Source: an uncultured virus (IMG/VR IMGVR_UViG_3300007512_001367) (Duplodnaviria; Heunggongvirae; Uroviricota; Caudoviricetes). From it: a DNA stretch of 64,000 nt. Position 1 is the first letter of the stretch; every line of letters begins with the position of its first letter. This document shows positions 48,318 to 57,615 of the stretch, one piece after another. The stretch lies in IMG/VR virus record IMGVR_UViG_3300007512_001367, positions 1 to 64,000 of that record; one strand, 5' to 3'. The position numbers were made by a program, and so were the translations under genes. The notes under the pieces were generated by a model that was not told where the DNA came from, made no database searches, and worked only from the letters and a program-made list of their open reading frames with translations.

Positions 48318-49467
48318 TAAACATTTCCTTATATAATTTTGGAAATATTTTCCTACTATTTAAATTTCGTCTCTCATCCATTTTTTTTATTCTACTACGT
48401 ACTAGTTCTATATTAGCATAAAAATTGGGTTCAGTCAAATACTTCAGTATATTTTCCAAACTATTTTGTAGGTAAAATCCTGGTTTTTCGTTAATTTTGG
48501 TTTTAAGAATATTAATAACTTCATTTAATATTTTTTGTGGTAAATGTTTAATGTTCAAAAATAAAGGTCCATACAGTGGTCCAATTATAAAATTATTGTT
48601 GTGAAAGCCTAACGATTTTAAATAGTCAACGCAATTAAAAATGCTTTTATAGTTTAGAATAAAATGTAACATATTAAAACTAATTCTATGATTAAGTGTT
48701 TGTATGTGTTGTAAATTTTTTAAAAAAGTATTCCAGGAACTATGGTATCTAATATATTCATATTCTTCTTCTATGGATTCTATGCTTATAGTCCAATGAA
48801 CATTTTTAAACTGACATAACAATTGAAACACTCCTGTTCCTGTAGAACTTAAATTTGTGTTTACTCTTAAATGGATATCAGGATTTTGTTTTAATAATAA
48901 TTCTAGAAACTCCTTATTATCGTTCATAAGCAAAGGTTCACCTCCAGCAAGATAAATGTTTTTTAATTTTTTAATATTTTTAAAGACATATTGTTTTACT
49001 TTTTCAACATTTTTCTTTTCAAATTTTTGTTTAATGTTTAATTCTTGTGCCCATTTACTACTGTAATCAGAGTTACAATAAACACAGGCTTGATTGCATT
49101 TATTGTTCCATCTAAGATCTACATGACTTAAATCAAAGTTATTTTTATCATCTAATAAGTTATTGCTAATGTGCGGACCTAATTCTTTTGCATAATATAG
49201 TCGACTACTAATACTTTCAAAACTTTTTGCTCGATTTTCTTCTTGAAAATAGCAACCTTTACAATTACTTGGAAATTCTTTGTTTAGCATTTGAGTTTTA
49301 ATCTCAAGATTCTTTTTTGATTGAAGAATGTTTTCTATGCTATTTTGATGTATATTGCCAATAGTATCTTCAGCAATGATGCAGTTTTTTACTATACCGT
49401 TAGGTTCTAATTGAAAACCTGTCCAAGGTAATACACAGAAATTTTTGTCTAGTAGTTTGCGTGACAT
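48310..49467 (-). CDS. Radical SAM protein with an N-terminal twitch/SPASM domain
   Basis: CVLPW..NC..CKGC; CNQACVYC; GGEP. Confidence 0.85.
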   Translation of the reverse strand: MSRKLLDKNFCVLPWTGFQLEPNGIVKNCIIAEDTIGNIHQNSIENILQSKKNLEIKTQMLNKEFPSNCKGCYFQEENRAKSFESISSRLYYAKELGPHISNNLLDDKNNFDLSHVDLRWNNKCNQACVYCNSDYSSKWAQELNIKQKFEKKNVEKVKQYVFKNIKKLKNIYLAGGEPLLMNDNKEFLELLLKQNPDIHLRVNTNLSSTGTGVFQLLCQFKNVHWTISIESIEEEYEYIRYHSSWNTFLKNLQHIQTLNHRISFNMLHFILNYKSIFNCVDYLKSLGFHNNNFIIGPLYGPLFLNIKHLPQKILNEVINILKTKINEKPGFYLQNSLENILKYLTEPNFYANIELVRSRIKKMDERRNLNSRKIFPKLYKEMFNE

Positions 49468-49472
49468 TCATG

Positions 49473-49820
49473 TTATTTAGATGACTTAACTAGTATAGCA
49501 TCACCATTTTGGGTATGCTTAATTTTGTGATCATTTTTAAGTGCTAAATGTAAAAAAGTTTCATACTTTTCTTCTTTAACCATTAGTGTAATACAATCGT
49601 CATTATCGGCGTCATATCCATGATATGCCCAAATAAAATCTTTGCCATATATCATACCTAGGTTACCTGCAGTGGCACAGATATTTGCAACGGCATCTAC
49701 AAATGTATAAGATGCATTTAAGCCTCCTCCACCTATTGGTAGATAACCCATTCTTGTTGTTGCTCTTTTTTCTTTAAATGTTATTTCTTTCATAAACTGC
49801 GTGTGATCCATTTTCTCCAT
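49473..49820 (-). CDS. Hypothetical protein
   Basis: ORF track; start uncertain. Confidence 0.65.
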   Translation of the reverse strand: MEKMDHTQFMKEITFKEKRATTRMGYLPIGGGGLNASYTFVDAVANICATAGNLGMIYGKDFIWAYHGYDADNDDCITLMVKEEKYETFLHLALKNDHKIKHTQNGDAILVKSSK

Positions 49821-50265
49821 CTTCAGAAACGTCTATTTCAATTTTTCTGCCTGGATATTTTTTTGTTATTTGAATGTATAAATCATCTGACATCATTTCA
49901 CAACTTTTAAAATCGTTTTGTAAAGTGCCTTGACTATATAAACTTAAAATCCATCTTTGGAATTGTATAAATTCAATATCTCTATCATCATGAAATACTT
50001 CTATTGCAACTTTAAAATGAAATGTATGCCTATGCGGATATCCTAAAAATGATACGTCATATTCATCACCTGTTTTTAACTTTGGATCTTCTAATGCCGC
50101 TGGGTATTTGTGCATACCTTCTTTACGAAAGGTTACCCAAATCATTTTAGATGCCTTACCTGCTCGTTCCTTTAATGCTTGATTTCTTTGTTCGTTTAAT
50201 TCATTATCTCTTATTGCATCTAATTGACTGATACTTAATTCTTCGCTTTTCATCTCATTGACCAT
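49774..50265 (-). CDS. dpdL: QueD-paralogue T-fold protein (DpdL-like, putative 7-carboxy-7-deazaguanine decarboxylase)
   Basis: GMH...LGYPHRHTF (LxxxHRHxF rather than QueD CxxxHGH), SCE, VSEDGEN. Confidence 0.7.
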   Translation of the reverse strand: MVNEMKSEELSISQLDAIRDNELNEQRNQALKERAGKASKMIWVTFRKEGMHKYPAALEDPKLKTGDEYDVSFLGYPHRHTFHFKVAIEVFHDDRDIEFIQFQRWILSLYSQGTLQNDFKSCEMMSDDLYIQITKKYPGRKIEIDVSEDGENGSHAVYERNNI

Positions 50266-50786
50266 ATTTTACTCTCCTCTATTGGTTCATCTTTTTTATA
50301 ATCATCCCATTTAGTAAATCCTGCTTTATCTTTAAAGTCTTTTATACTCATTGTCCATACACCGGGATTTGTTTTATTAAAATCAACGTCATCAATTTTA
50401 AAATATAATGATGTATCTTCTTCTGAGTCTGGCATTATAATTGAACAAAATGGAATAAACTTTTCATGTTTCCAAACCAATGCAAATTTTTGACTAACTA
50501 GTTGGTGTAATTCAAAAGGATAATCTACGGTTACATAATAACCATGTTCTAAAAATTTCATAATTTGTGGTACTTGCATGAATTGGCTGTGCATATAGCT
50601 TCTATTTGCACCATAATAAATTGCTTCAGCATTCACCATAACAGCACATTCTTGTATTTGATCAAATGTTAAATCATTACGAGCAAGAAATAATGTTTGT
50701 TTTCCATATGCTGGTGTGTGTTCAATTTCCACACCTGAGAAAACTGTAATATCTTTTTTTACACCGGTTTTGTAATCTCTTTCCAT
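50250..50786 (-). CDS. Hypothetical protein of the deazaguanine cluster
   Basis: FSGVEIEHTPAYGKQTLF, KIDDVDF..TNPGVW; ATG at 50786 preferred because 50795 overlaps the -10 box. Confidence 0.75.
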   Translation of the reverse strand: MERDYKTGVKKDITVFSGVEIEHTPAYGKQTLFLARNDLTFDQIQECAVMVNAEAIYYGANRSYMHSQFMQVPQIMKFLEHGYYVTVDYPFELHQLVSQKFALVWKHEKFIPFCSIIMPDSEEDTSLYFKIDDVDFNKTNPGVWTMSIKDFKDKAGFTKWDDYKKDEPIEESKIWSMR

Positions 50787-50793
50787 TACTTGC

Positions 50794-50821
50794 ATTATAG
50801 CATATCCTTTTATTTTGTCAA
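50794..50821 (-). promoter_or_regulatory. Consensus sigma70-type promoter (leaderless)
   Basis: TTGACA-16 bp-TATAAT with TGn extension, then 7 nt to the ATG. Confidence 0.8.
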
Positions 50822-50828
50822 ACTATTT

Positions 50829-51068
50829 TCATTTGGTAAGTTTGCTTAATTCTTCGGTAACTCTTGTAATTTCGTCTTTAATTGCTAATTTGGTTTTTTT
50901 TAATCTTAAAAGTAGTTGTTTGCTTTCTTCACTTCTGTCACCATGTCCTCGTTCTTTGTCTAATTCTTTGGTTTTTCTATTTAGATAATCGTGATGATCT
51001 AGTAGTTTTTTTAGTTTTTTATCTTTGCGTCGGTTTAAATGTTTTTGATAATTGTCTTTACCTGTCAT
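50829..51068 (-). CDS. DUF465/YdcH-like coiled-coil protein
   Basis: H..L...I/T.EL...LLRLKKTKLAIKDEI. Confidence 0.6.
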   Translation of the reverse strand: MTGKDNYQKHLNRRKDKKLKKLLDHHDYLNRKTKELDKERGHGDRSEESKQLLLRLKKTKLAIKDEITRVTEELSKLTK

Positions 51069-51076
51069 ATATCCTC

Positions 51077-52519
51077 CTATTCAAATAATGAACTAAAGTT
51101 ATTTTTACCTTTTCCTCCCCCTGTATGTCTTGCCCATCGTGTACCTCGTATATCTGCTAGAAAACTTTTAGCATTGTTAATAACTTCCATTGGGTTCTCA
51201 GAAGTAAACACTTCTTCGACTAATGTATTAAAATATAAGATGTTTCTTGGAACAAAATTGCTAAATTCGTCTGTATTGTCTTGTCCTTTAGTTTTTCTCC
51301 AATGTTTAACTTGTGGTTTATGTACCACACTTTCAATATCATTTAAATCATTTGCAACTTGTACTGCTTTAATATGATTATAAACACTATGAGCCATTAA
51401 TAAACAATAGCTAAAACTGTCCCAAGCAGTTTTACCTTCTTTGTTATTCTTATTTAGGTCTCCTTCGCCATACCTACAAATATCTCCCATTGTTAATCTA
51501 TCACCAATTGCACTTTGAAATGGAAATGGAATATCAGATCCTTTTAATCTTTTGTCATCTGGTGCTTTATCCATAATGTAAGAAAATCGTTTTGGAGTAA
51601 ACACATTTTGAGTATATGTTAATCCATTTGCAACTGATAAAAATGCCGATGCTGAATCAAAACTTATTGTAACATTTGGATTAATATGTTTTTTTAGTTG
51701 TCTTTGTATTTGTGTTAAGAAACAAGCCCAGTCTAATTGTGATGTGCCTAATATGTGAATCCAATCTTTGCCGTCTAATTGCTTTTCGTCTCTCATTACA
51801 ATTAGTCTTTTAAGTAATATTTCCATATCACACATATTAATACCACCAAATGCCCAACCTTCAAACTTATAGTTTTTCATTTGATCATACCAAATTGTTC
51901 CAGTTTCCCAATCATCACCTTGTAGTACGTTTAAGAATTTTGTTTGTCCAAGTCTATTTTTTTGGAAGTAATCATTATTAAATTTTGTAGCATTTAAACA
52001 ATCCTCAAAACTGTTTAATCCTGATTTTCCTTTGTTTAAGTCATCTGCCGCCCAAGTTGGAACGTCTAATGTCATTGCCCAATCTGATGTAAGTTCTAAC
52101 CAGTTTAGTATATTGTTTCTAACTGCATTTGCTTTATTTCCTTCGAAATCTTTCCAATCGAATTGTATAACACCTTTTGCTATTTGATATCCACCAGAAT
52201 CACCTACTATTGTGCTAAACTTTCTATCTCTGTTTACACACATAGAATCTCTATCTGTAACTTTATCCATATCTAAACAGGCGTGTCCTGCCGAATATAA
52301 TGCAGTTGGATATGTAAAATAACCTTTATCTGGATTAATGAAGTTTAAACCTTCAACGTCTTGATCAAAACCTTTTGGAATTCTATCCTTTGGAATGTGT
52401 TTACCTTTGGTAGTTCGTTGTCTGGATATAAATGTATTGTAAAAATTTGAAATTGCAGGCAAGAACACTGCAAAGTTTCTGTTAAATTTGCCTAAATGTT
52501 CTTGCCGATATTCTGCCAT
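51077..52519 (-). CDS. dpdA: DpdA/TGT-family deazaguanine transglycosylase
   Basis: GDSGGYQ, MTLDVP, NVLQG, GWAFGG, WIHILG, SFDSAS; no C-terminal Zn-binding CxCxxC. Confidence 0.8.
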   Translation of the reverse strand: MAEYRQEHLGKFNRNFAVFLPAISNFYNTFISRQRTTKGKHIPKDRIPKGFDQDVEGLNFINPDKGYFTYPTALYSAGHACLDMDKVTDRDSMCVNRDRKFSTIVGDSGGYQIAKGVIQFDWKDFEGNKANAVRNNILNWLELTSDWAMTLDVPTWAADDLNKGKSGLNSFEDCLNATKFNNDYFQKNRLGQTKFLNVLQGDDWETGTIWYDQMKNYKFEGWAFGGINMCDMEILLKRLIVMRDEKQLDGKDWIHILGTSQLDWACFLTQIQRQLKKHINPNVTISFDSASAFLSVANGLTYTQNVFTPKRFSYIMDKAPDDKRLKGSDIPFPFQSAIGDRLTMGDICRYGEGDLNKNNKEGKTAWDSFSYCLLMAHSVYNHIKAVQVANDLNDIESVVHKPQVKHWRKTKGQDNTDEFSNFVPRNILYFNTLVEEVFTSENPMEVINNAKSFLADIRGTRWARHTGGGKGKNNFSSLFE

Positions 52520-53256
52520 TATTGCGCCTGGGCTGGAATTATATATTGATACTTGCCTAACCCCGAATCAACCGTTACCATCATTGCTCCTTCGTTTGAG
52601 AAATGTAATATAACTTTTGCTGAATCCGACAGTTTCAGTATTTGCAATACCTGTGCTACAGGCCAACTCCATCCTTTATTTAGAGTTCCTTTCACTCCTT
52701 TTGCAAAAACAAATTCTCCACCATGTGATGCTTGATCACCAAATGAAAATATCAGGTTATTGTTCTCTGTTCTAACAACAAAAGAATTATGTTCTGTATT
52801 TGCAATAGATTGAAAGTTAAACCTTTGTACACTCGCCACGGTTGGTTCAATTTCAACGTCCCATTTAACTCCCTTAAACTTAACTGTTTTAAGTTTTTCG
52901 TTGATAATTTCAGCATTCATAAATCTGTAATCGTTTTTGAAGTCTCCCTTTTCGTTTTCAAAATGAATTCCTGTTGGAACTTCAGCACTATTTCTGTTGC
53001 CTTTTGTTACAGTTATTTTTGCTTTTTCTTGATATTCAGGACACTTCAAGTGAATATCTAATTTATTCAATTGAGGCATACCAAACGTACCAGTCATTTC
53101 TGATTGTGGTTTGTTAAAGGTTCCTTGCAAGATAACTGATCTGTCTTCTGCCATTGAATCAATAGCAGTTTCACTACCATCTCCGGAAATTTTGACAAGA
53201 TCTAAAAATCCTAGTCCATGCGTGTGCTTAACTATGTCTTGTAAGATATCTTTCAT
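52519..53256 (-). CDS. Probable DNA polymerase sliding clamp (gp45-like)
   Basis: Size, proximity to polB, beta-rich C-terminus (FSNEGAM...YQYIIP). Confidence 0.5.
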   Translation of the reverse strand: MKDILQDIVKHTHGLGFLDLVKISGDGSETAIDSMAEDRSVILQGTFNKPQSEMTGTFGMPQLNKLDIHLKCPEYQEKAKITVTKGNRNSAEVPTGIHFENEKGDFKNDYRFMNAEIINEKLKTVKFKGVKWDVEIEPTVASVQRFNFQSIANTEHNSFVVRTENNNLIFSFGDQASHGGEFVFAKGVKGTLNKGWSWPVAQVLQILKLSDSAKVILHFSNEGAMMVTVDSGLGKYQYIIPAQAQ

Positions 53257-53283
53257 ATGTTAATTGTATACTCCTTTGTTAAA

Positions 53284-54081
53284 TTAATCAATAGTAATTT
53301 CATTTATTTTATACACTGCTGGATTTTGTTTACCAGGTTTTTTAAATATGGCATAATTGGCTCCTGGTTTAAATTGTTTCATTTCCACAATTTCATAACC
53401 TTCTTCTTTAATAATTTTTTCCATTTCACTTTTGGTATTGTAGTTCCAATAACCTCTTTTTGCTTCGTGTAAATCATAATCAAAATGGCAATCTGCATAA
53501 TGTATAAAACAATAACCACCTGGTATTAATACTCTTTTAATGTCGTGTAGGTATTGTTGTATGTGTTGTTGTGTAAAGAATACAAAGGTATCCCAGCTAA
53601 ACACAAGATTGCAAGAACCTTGTGGAATATTTGAACATTCAGTATTGCGTGTTAGATAAAATTTAAGATATTTTTGATGAGGTGGAGGAAATCTTCTTCG
53701 TATTTTTGCTTCTAGTTCAGGCAGTACTTCAAGAAAATAATTTAATCGCCATGCTCTAAAGTCTTTAGAAAACATACCTGTACCAGGACCAATTTCAAGA
53801 CTATTATAGATATTAGTTTTAGCAAATTGGAATATTTTTCTTGTTATAGCTCCCCTTAATATTGGATCAAACATAGGTTGTTCTCTTTTTATTTTTAAAT
53901 CTCGTCTAAACCAATCTAATGTTTTATCTAATCGATCAATTGTGTCTTGATTATTAGCATCAACAGCCAATTCCACATCTGTTAAAATTTGTATTTGTTC
54001 TTTTAAAAACTTTTCCCAATCTGTACCTTTAAGTTTTTGTAGTTTTTCTTTTAACAGTTTTATTTCTTCTATGCTTAACAT
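53284..54081 (-). CDS. Class I SAM-dependent methyltransferase
   Basis: LEIGPGTG, LVFSWDTF, RVLIPGG. Confidence 0.85.
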   Translation of the reverse strand: MLSIEEIKLLKEKLQKLKGTDWEKFLKEQIQILTDVELAVDANNQDTIDRLDKTLDWFRRDLKIKREQPMFDPILRGAITRKIFQFAKTNIYNSLEIGPGTGMFSKDFRAWRLNYFLEVLPELEAKIRRRFPPPHQKYLKFYLTRNTECSNIPQGSCNLVFSWDTFVFFTQQHIQQYLHDIKRVLIPGGYCFIHYADCHFDYDLHEAKRGYWNYNTKSEMEKIIKEEGYEIVEMKQFKPGANYAIFKKPGKQNPAVYKINEITID

Positions 54082-54089
54082 ACAGTTAT

Positions 54090-56753
54090 TTAGATTTCAA
54101 AAAGTTTGTTGAATGTATTACTGGTTTCAGTGCTTTGTATATCCCAGTCTAATACACCAATTAAATTATCTAGTTTGCCATCTAGTATAGTTTGTTCCAT
54201 TGCTTCGTTATCAAATGGCAATTCTTGGAACCATTGTGGAATACGTAATTCATCTGTAGGGTATGCAACAGATGTATATCCTAATGGATTGTTTTTAAGT
54301 TTACATACAATTACTTTTGCACCATCTGTAATTGGCAATGAGTATTTGTCATTATACATTTGTTTGCAATTATTCCAATTCATACTTGCTCGTATGTGTC
54401 CTGGCATATTTGCTTTGCCTTGTTTCTTTTCTAATTCAGTATACTTGGTTACGTTATTTGCTCGTTTAGGAGATCCTTTTTGCCAACCTGGTTTTGCTTT
54501 AAATTCTGCTCTAAAATTTGTAATTGCTTCTAATACTTGCTCTTCAGTTTTACCTGTTAATACCATATACAGTATTTCACTTAAAAAATCTTGAACAAAT
54601 ACAGGAGTATCTGATCTTTTTAAATCTAATCCCATAGCTTTCACTTTGCCCTCTCTACCTGCATTATCTACACGTTCACCTTCTCTATCATAATACAGTA
54701 CTGCATATCTTTTCTTTGTAATAAACAAACCTTTAATTGCTACAAGTTCTCTACCTGCTTTAATAATAGAGCCACGAGTATTTGGGCAATGAAATGCTTT
54801 AGTCATATAACCTGTAAATGTTGTATTCATTTCCTCTGCAATTTTATCATATAAAGCAATTACTGAATCTTTATTCCAAGTAATTTTGCCTGCGTCAATA
54901 TCATTTTTTAAAGTTTTATGTGCAGTAAAATAAACTGAATCTGTATCTCCATATATTATAGATTGGCCAGAATGATCATATTTGCCCGCAACAATGTCAT
55001 TTACTTTTGCCGCCATATGTTTTGTAATGCATCGACCTGTTAATGTTACTGATTGTCCAATTCTTATGTCAAAAAATCTACAACCTGGATTTAAAAGTGC
55101 TCCATATAAACTGTTTAAATTAATTTTTTTAACAAGTTGTCTTTTATCCCAAAATGATCTTTCAATTTCGTTTTCACCACAAGCATCCATTTTACGTTGC
55201 ATTTCTTGTCTTTCAGTATACCAACGTTTTAATAAGCCTGGAATAATTGCTTCAAACTCATATGTAAATATTGTACCATTAGCACTTAACATCCATTTGT
55301 TTTTGCCATCAAATATAATATCATATAATTGTGCCGCTGACATTCTTACAGATGTATCATCAGCCCAATCTACAATAAGTTCAGTACCTTTATCTTGTTT
55401 CATTACTGCTTGATATTCCCAACTACCAAATTGTCCTTCCCAAGCCGCCGCAAATGATTTTTTTTGAAATTTAGCTCTGTTTATTTCTGCTGATGTTATT
55501 ACAGGTCTTATTTGTCCCACAATAGTTTCAGGTCCCATATTCAATGCTCTAATAACTGAAGGATATAGTGAATTAATATCCATTGATCCTATCCAATTAT
55601 GCATTCCTTTTTTTGGAGTTGCCACATAAGCACCTGCCGCCGTTTGTACTTCTTCTCCTTCTTTTCTATAACGTCTACCTTGAACAATCATGCCACGTCT
55701 ATGTGCTTCATTAACTATTGCTTGTTCAGTTACTGCAACTGCACCCATTGTTGTTTGTAGCAACACAGTATTTTGGTGTGCAATTTCGTTGGCAAGTTCA
55801 ATAAATTTTAATTTTTTTTCTAGTTTAGCAAGTAGATTACAGTCTTGTCTGTTGTATTCTATAAACAACCCGAAGTCATTTTTATAAAGTGAATCTAATG
55901 ATCCTTCGTAAACAGTTTTTTTCTCACCTAGTTCGTGTTCACCAATTGCATCTAATCTAAATGAATGTCTTTCCTCATATGTGTATTTTCTATATAATTC
56001 TAATAAGTCTAAGTGTACTCGTCCAACTAAATCATAACTTAATTGTTCTCTACCATATTTTTCAAATGTTCTTTTCTTGGGCTTCTCACCCCAAAAACAT
56101 AAACGTCTTGTATCATCGGAACTTAATACTTTTTGTATTCTACCTACTGTGTATGGAATATCATATCCTTCAGAGTTCCAACCTGATATAACATCTGCTT
56201 CTTCAACTAGTGTAAGAAATGCATCTAACATATCTTTTTCTTTTTGAAATAACATACAGTTAGAGAATCGTTCTGTTTGCATTTTAGCATCTTGTGTAGA
56301 TAGTGTTTTAGGTACTAGTGCAAAAGTAACTAACTGATCCGTCCAGCTCATATAACAACTAATGGCAGTAATGGGCATAAACGGATCGTCAGTTGTGGCA
56401 TAACCCTTTTCAGGATCAAAATCCACCTCGATATCAAAAAACATAGTGTTCAGTTTAGGAGTTTCCTTGCCTAGATAATTTTCTTCCAAACATCTAAACA
56501 CTGGATTGATATCTTGTTCATAAAGAGTTTTATTGGATCTTATCCGTTGCTCTTTAATGAATTCTTTTGAAGTTCTACATTGTACTTTTTGTAATGATAG
56601 TCCAGTCATAGATCTATGCTTACCTCTAGAGTCTGGATAATAGAATACATATCTAGCATCATAGTCTACAAAAATTCTTTTACCTTTAGAGTTTCTTTCA
56701 ACTACATATACTTTGTCTTCATCTTTTTTATATAAAGCGTCTATGTAACTCAT
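54090..56753 (-). CDS. Family B DNA polymerase (T4 gp43-like) with a 3'-5' exonuclease domain
   Basis: FDIEV, GWNSEGYD, YNRQD, DINSLYPS, KINLNSLYG, YGDTDS, KKRY; no intein or intron evident. Confidence 0.97.
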   Translation of the reverse strand: MSYIDALYKKDEDKVYVVERNSKGKRIFVDYDARYVFYYPDSRGKHRSMTGLSLQKVQCRTSKEFIKEQRIRSNKTLYEQDINPVFRCLEENYLGKETPKLNTMFFDIEVDFDPEKGYATTDDPFMPITAISCYMSWTDQLVTFALVPKTLSTQDAKMQTERFSNCMLFQKEKDMLDAFLTLVEEADVISGWNSEGYDIPYTVGRIQKVLSSDDTRRLCFWGEKPKKRTFEKYGREQLSYDLVGRVHLDLLELYRKYTYEERHSFRLDAIGEHELGEKKTVYEGSLDSLYKNDFGLFIEYNRQDCNLLAKLEKKLKFIELANEIAHQNTVLLQTTMGAVAVTEQAIVNEAHRRGMIVQGRRYRKEGEEVQTAAGAYVATPKKGMHNWIGSMDINSLYPSVIRALNMGPETIVGQIRPVITSAEINRAKFQKKSFAAAWEGQFGSWEYQAVMKQDKGTELIVDWADDTSVRMSAAQLYDIIFDGKNKWMLSANGTIFTYEFEAIIPGLLKRWYTERQEMQRKMDACGENEIERSFWDKRQLVKKINLNSLYGALLNPGCRFFDIRIGQSVTLTGRCITKHMAAKVNDIVAGKYDHSGQSIIYGDTDSVYFTAHKTLKNDIDAGKITWNKDSVIALYDKIAEEMNTTFTGYMTKAFHCPNTRGSIIKAGRELVAIKGLFITKKRYAVLYYDREGERVDNAGREGKVKAMGLDLKRSDTPVFVQDFLSEILYMVLTGKTEEQVLEAITNFRAEFKAKPGWQKGSPKRANNVTKYTELEKKQGKANMPGHIRASMNWNNCKQMYNDKYSLPITDGAKVIVCKLKNNPLGYTSVAYPTDELRIPQWFQELPFDNEAMEQTILDGKLDNLIGVLDWDIQSTETSNTFNKLFEI

Positions 56754-57031
56754 AGTAAAAATACTCTATAATTTCCTATTATATTCATTAATGTAAACCA
56801 TCCGGATAAAGTTACAATCCAAATGCTTCTTCTTCTCCAACTAGCATAACACAAAGTACTAGAGCCTAGCAAGTACAATGGAAATACATAATGCATTGTT
56901 GGGTGTGGTGAGGTAAATGTTAAAATACAGGAACCCATAATTGTTACAATTACAGATAACAGCTCATTCCAAAAAGCAACTTGGTCCGTTTTATAACTGT
57001 TTACCCAAAATTCTTTGAGTAAACGATACAC
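56750..57031 (-). CDS. Small membrane protein
   Basis: About three hydrophobic segments. Confidence 0.7.
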   Translation of the reverse strand: MYRLLKEFWVNSYKTDQVAFWNELLSVIVTIMGSCILTFTSPHPTMHYVFPLYLLGSSTLCYASWRRRSIWIVTLSGWFTLMNIIGNYRVFLL

Positions 57032-57288
57032 TATATCTTACCTGCCGCCGTTAATATGGAATCTAAAGTGTCCATATCATCTGACAAGTTCTGATAATTT
57101 CCTTTATGAGCAATTGAAATCGCTTTGTTAATCAATGCGGGTTTTAATTCTAGTTCCTCTGCTATTGATTTAACTGTATCTCTTAATCCTGATTTAAGAT
57201 CGTCTACTTCTCCTAGGACTTGTGATCCTTGAGAAATGATTTGGATTAGCTTTTGTTTTTCGCCGTCGTTAAAGTTTCTTACTGCCAT
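57031..57288 (-). CDS. T4 DsbA/GapR-like small DNA-binding protein
   Basis: Helical EVDDLK..LRDTVK.IAEELELKP..INKAI pattern. Confidence 0.5.
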   Translation of the reverse strand: MAVRNFNDGEKQKLIQIISQGSQVLGEVDDLKSGLRDTVKSIAEELELKPALINKAISIAHKGNYQNLSDDMDTLDSILTAAGKI

Positions 57289-57311
57289 ATATTTCCTTTG
57301 TTGTTAATAGT

Positions 57312-57340
57312 AGTATATAACAGTTTTAAGAGTAGAGCAA
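57312..57340 (-). promoter_or_regulatory. Sigma70-type promoter for the polymerase operon
   Basis: TTGCTC-17 bp-TATACT. Confidence 0.55.
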
Positions 57341-57350
57341 ATGGTTTTTT

Positions 57351-57596
57351 TTAGATTAAACCAGATAATTTTTTGATACGTGCTAATTCAGGATTTACTT
57401 CAGTAATGTCGTTATCCTTCATTATTTGATTTGGAGAATTTATAAAATCTTCAGCCTTTGCTAATCCTCTAGAACCTGCTGATTGTGGATGTGCTGTTTG
57501 TTCACCTGTAGCAATATGTCCTCTTTGACGCATTTTGGTAACATCATCGAGATATTGTTTATAGTTGTAAGGTAAATGTTGTTCTAGTTCAGACAT
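57351..57596 (-). CDS. Late hypothetical protein ending ELARIKKLSGL
   Basis: TAAATA at 57603-57608. Confidence 0.7.
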   Translation of the reverse strand: MSELEQHLPYNYKQYLDDVTKMRQRGHIATGEQTAHPQSAGSRGLAKAEDFINSPNQIMKDNDITEVNPELARIKKLSGLI

Positions 57597-57615
57597 ACTA
57601 GGTATTTATTGGAAA

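Noticed and set aside
51077..52519. Ordinary tRNA-guanine transglycosylase (tgt)
   Set aside because: Lacks the Zn-binding motif, is longer and divergent, and sits beside replication and dpdL-like genes; DpdA-like is preferred, though tRNA activity is not excluded
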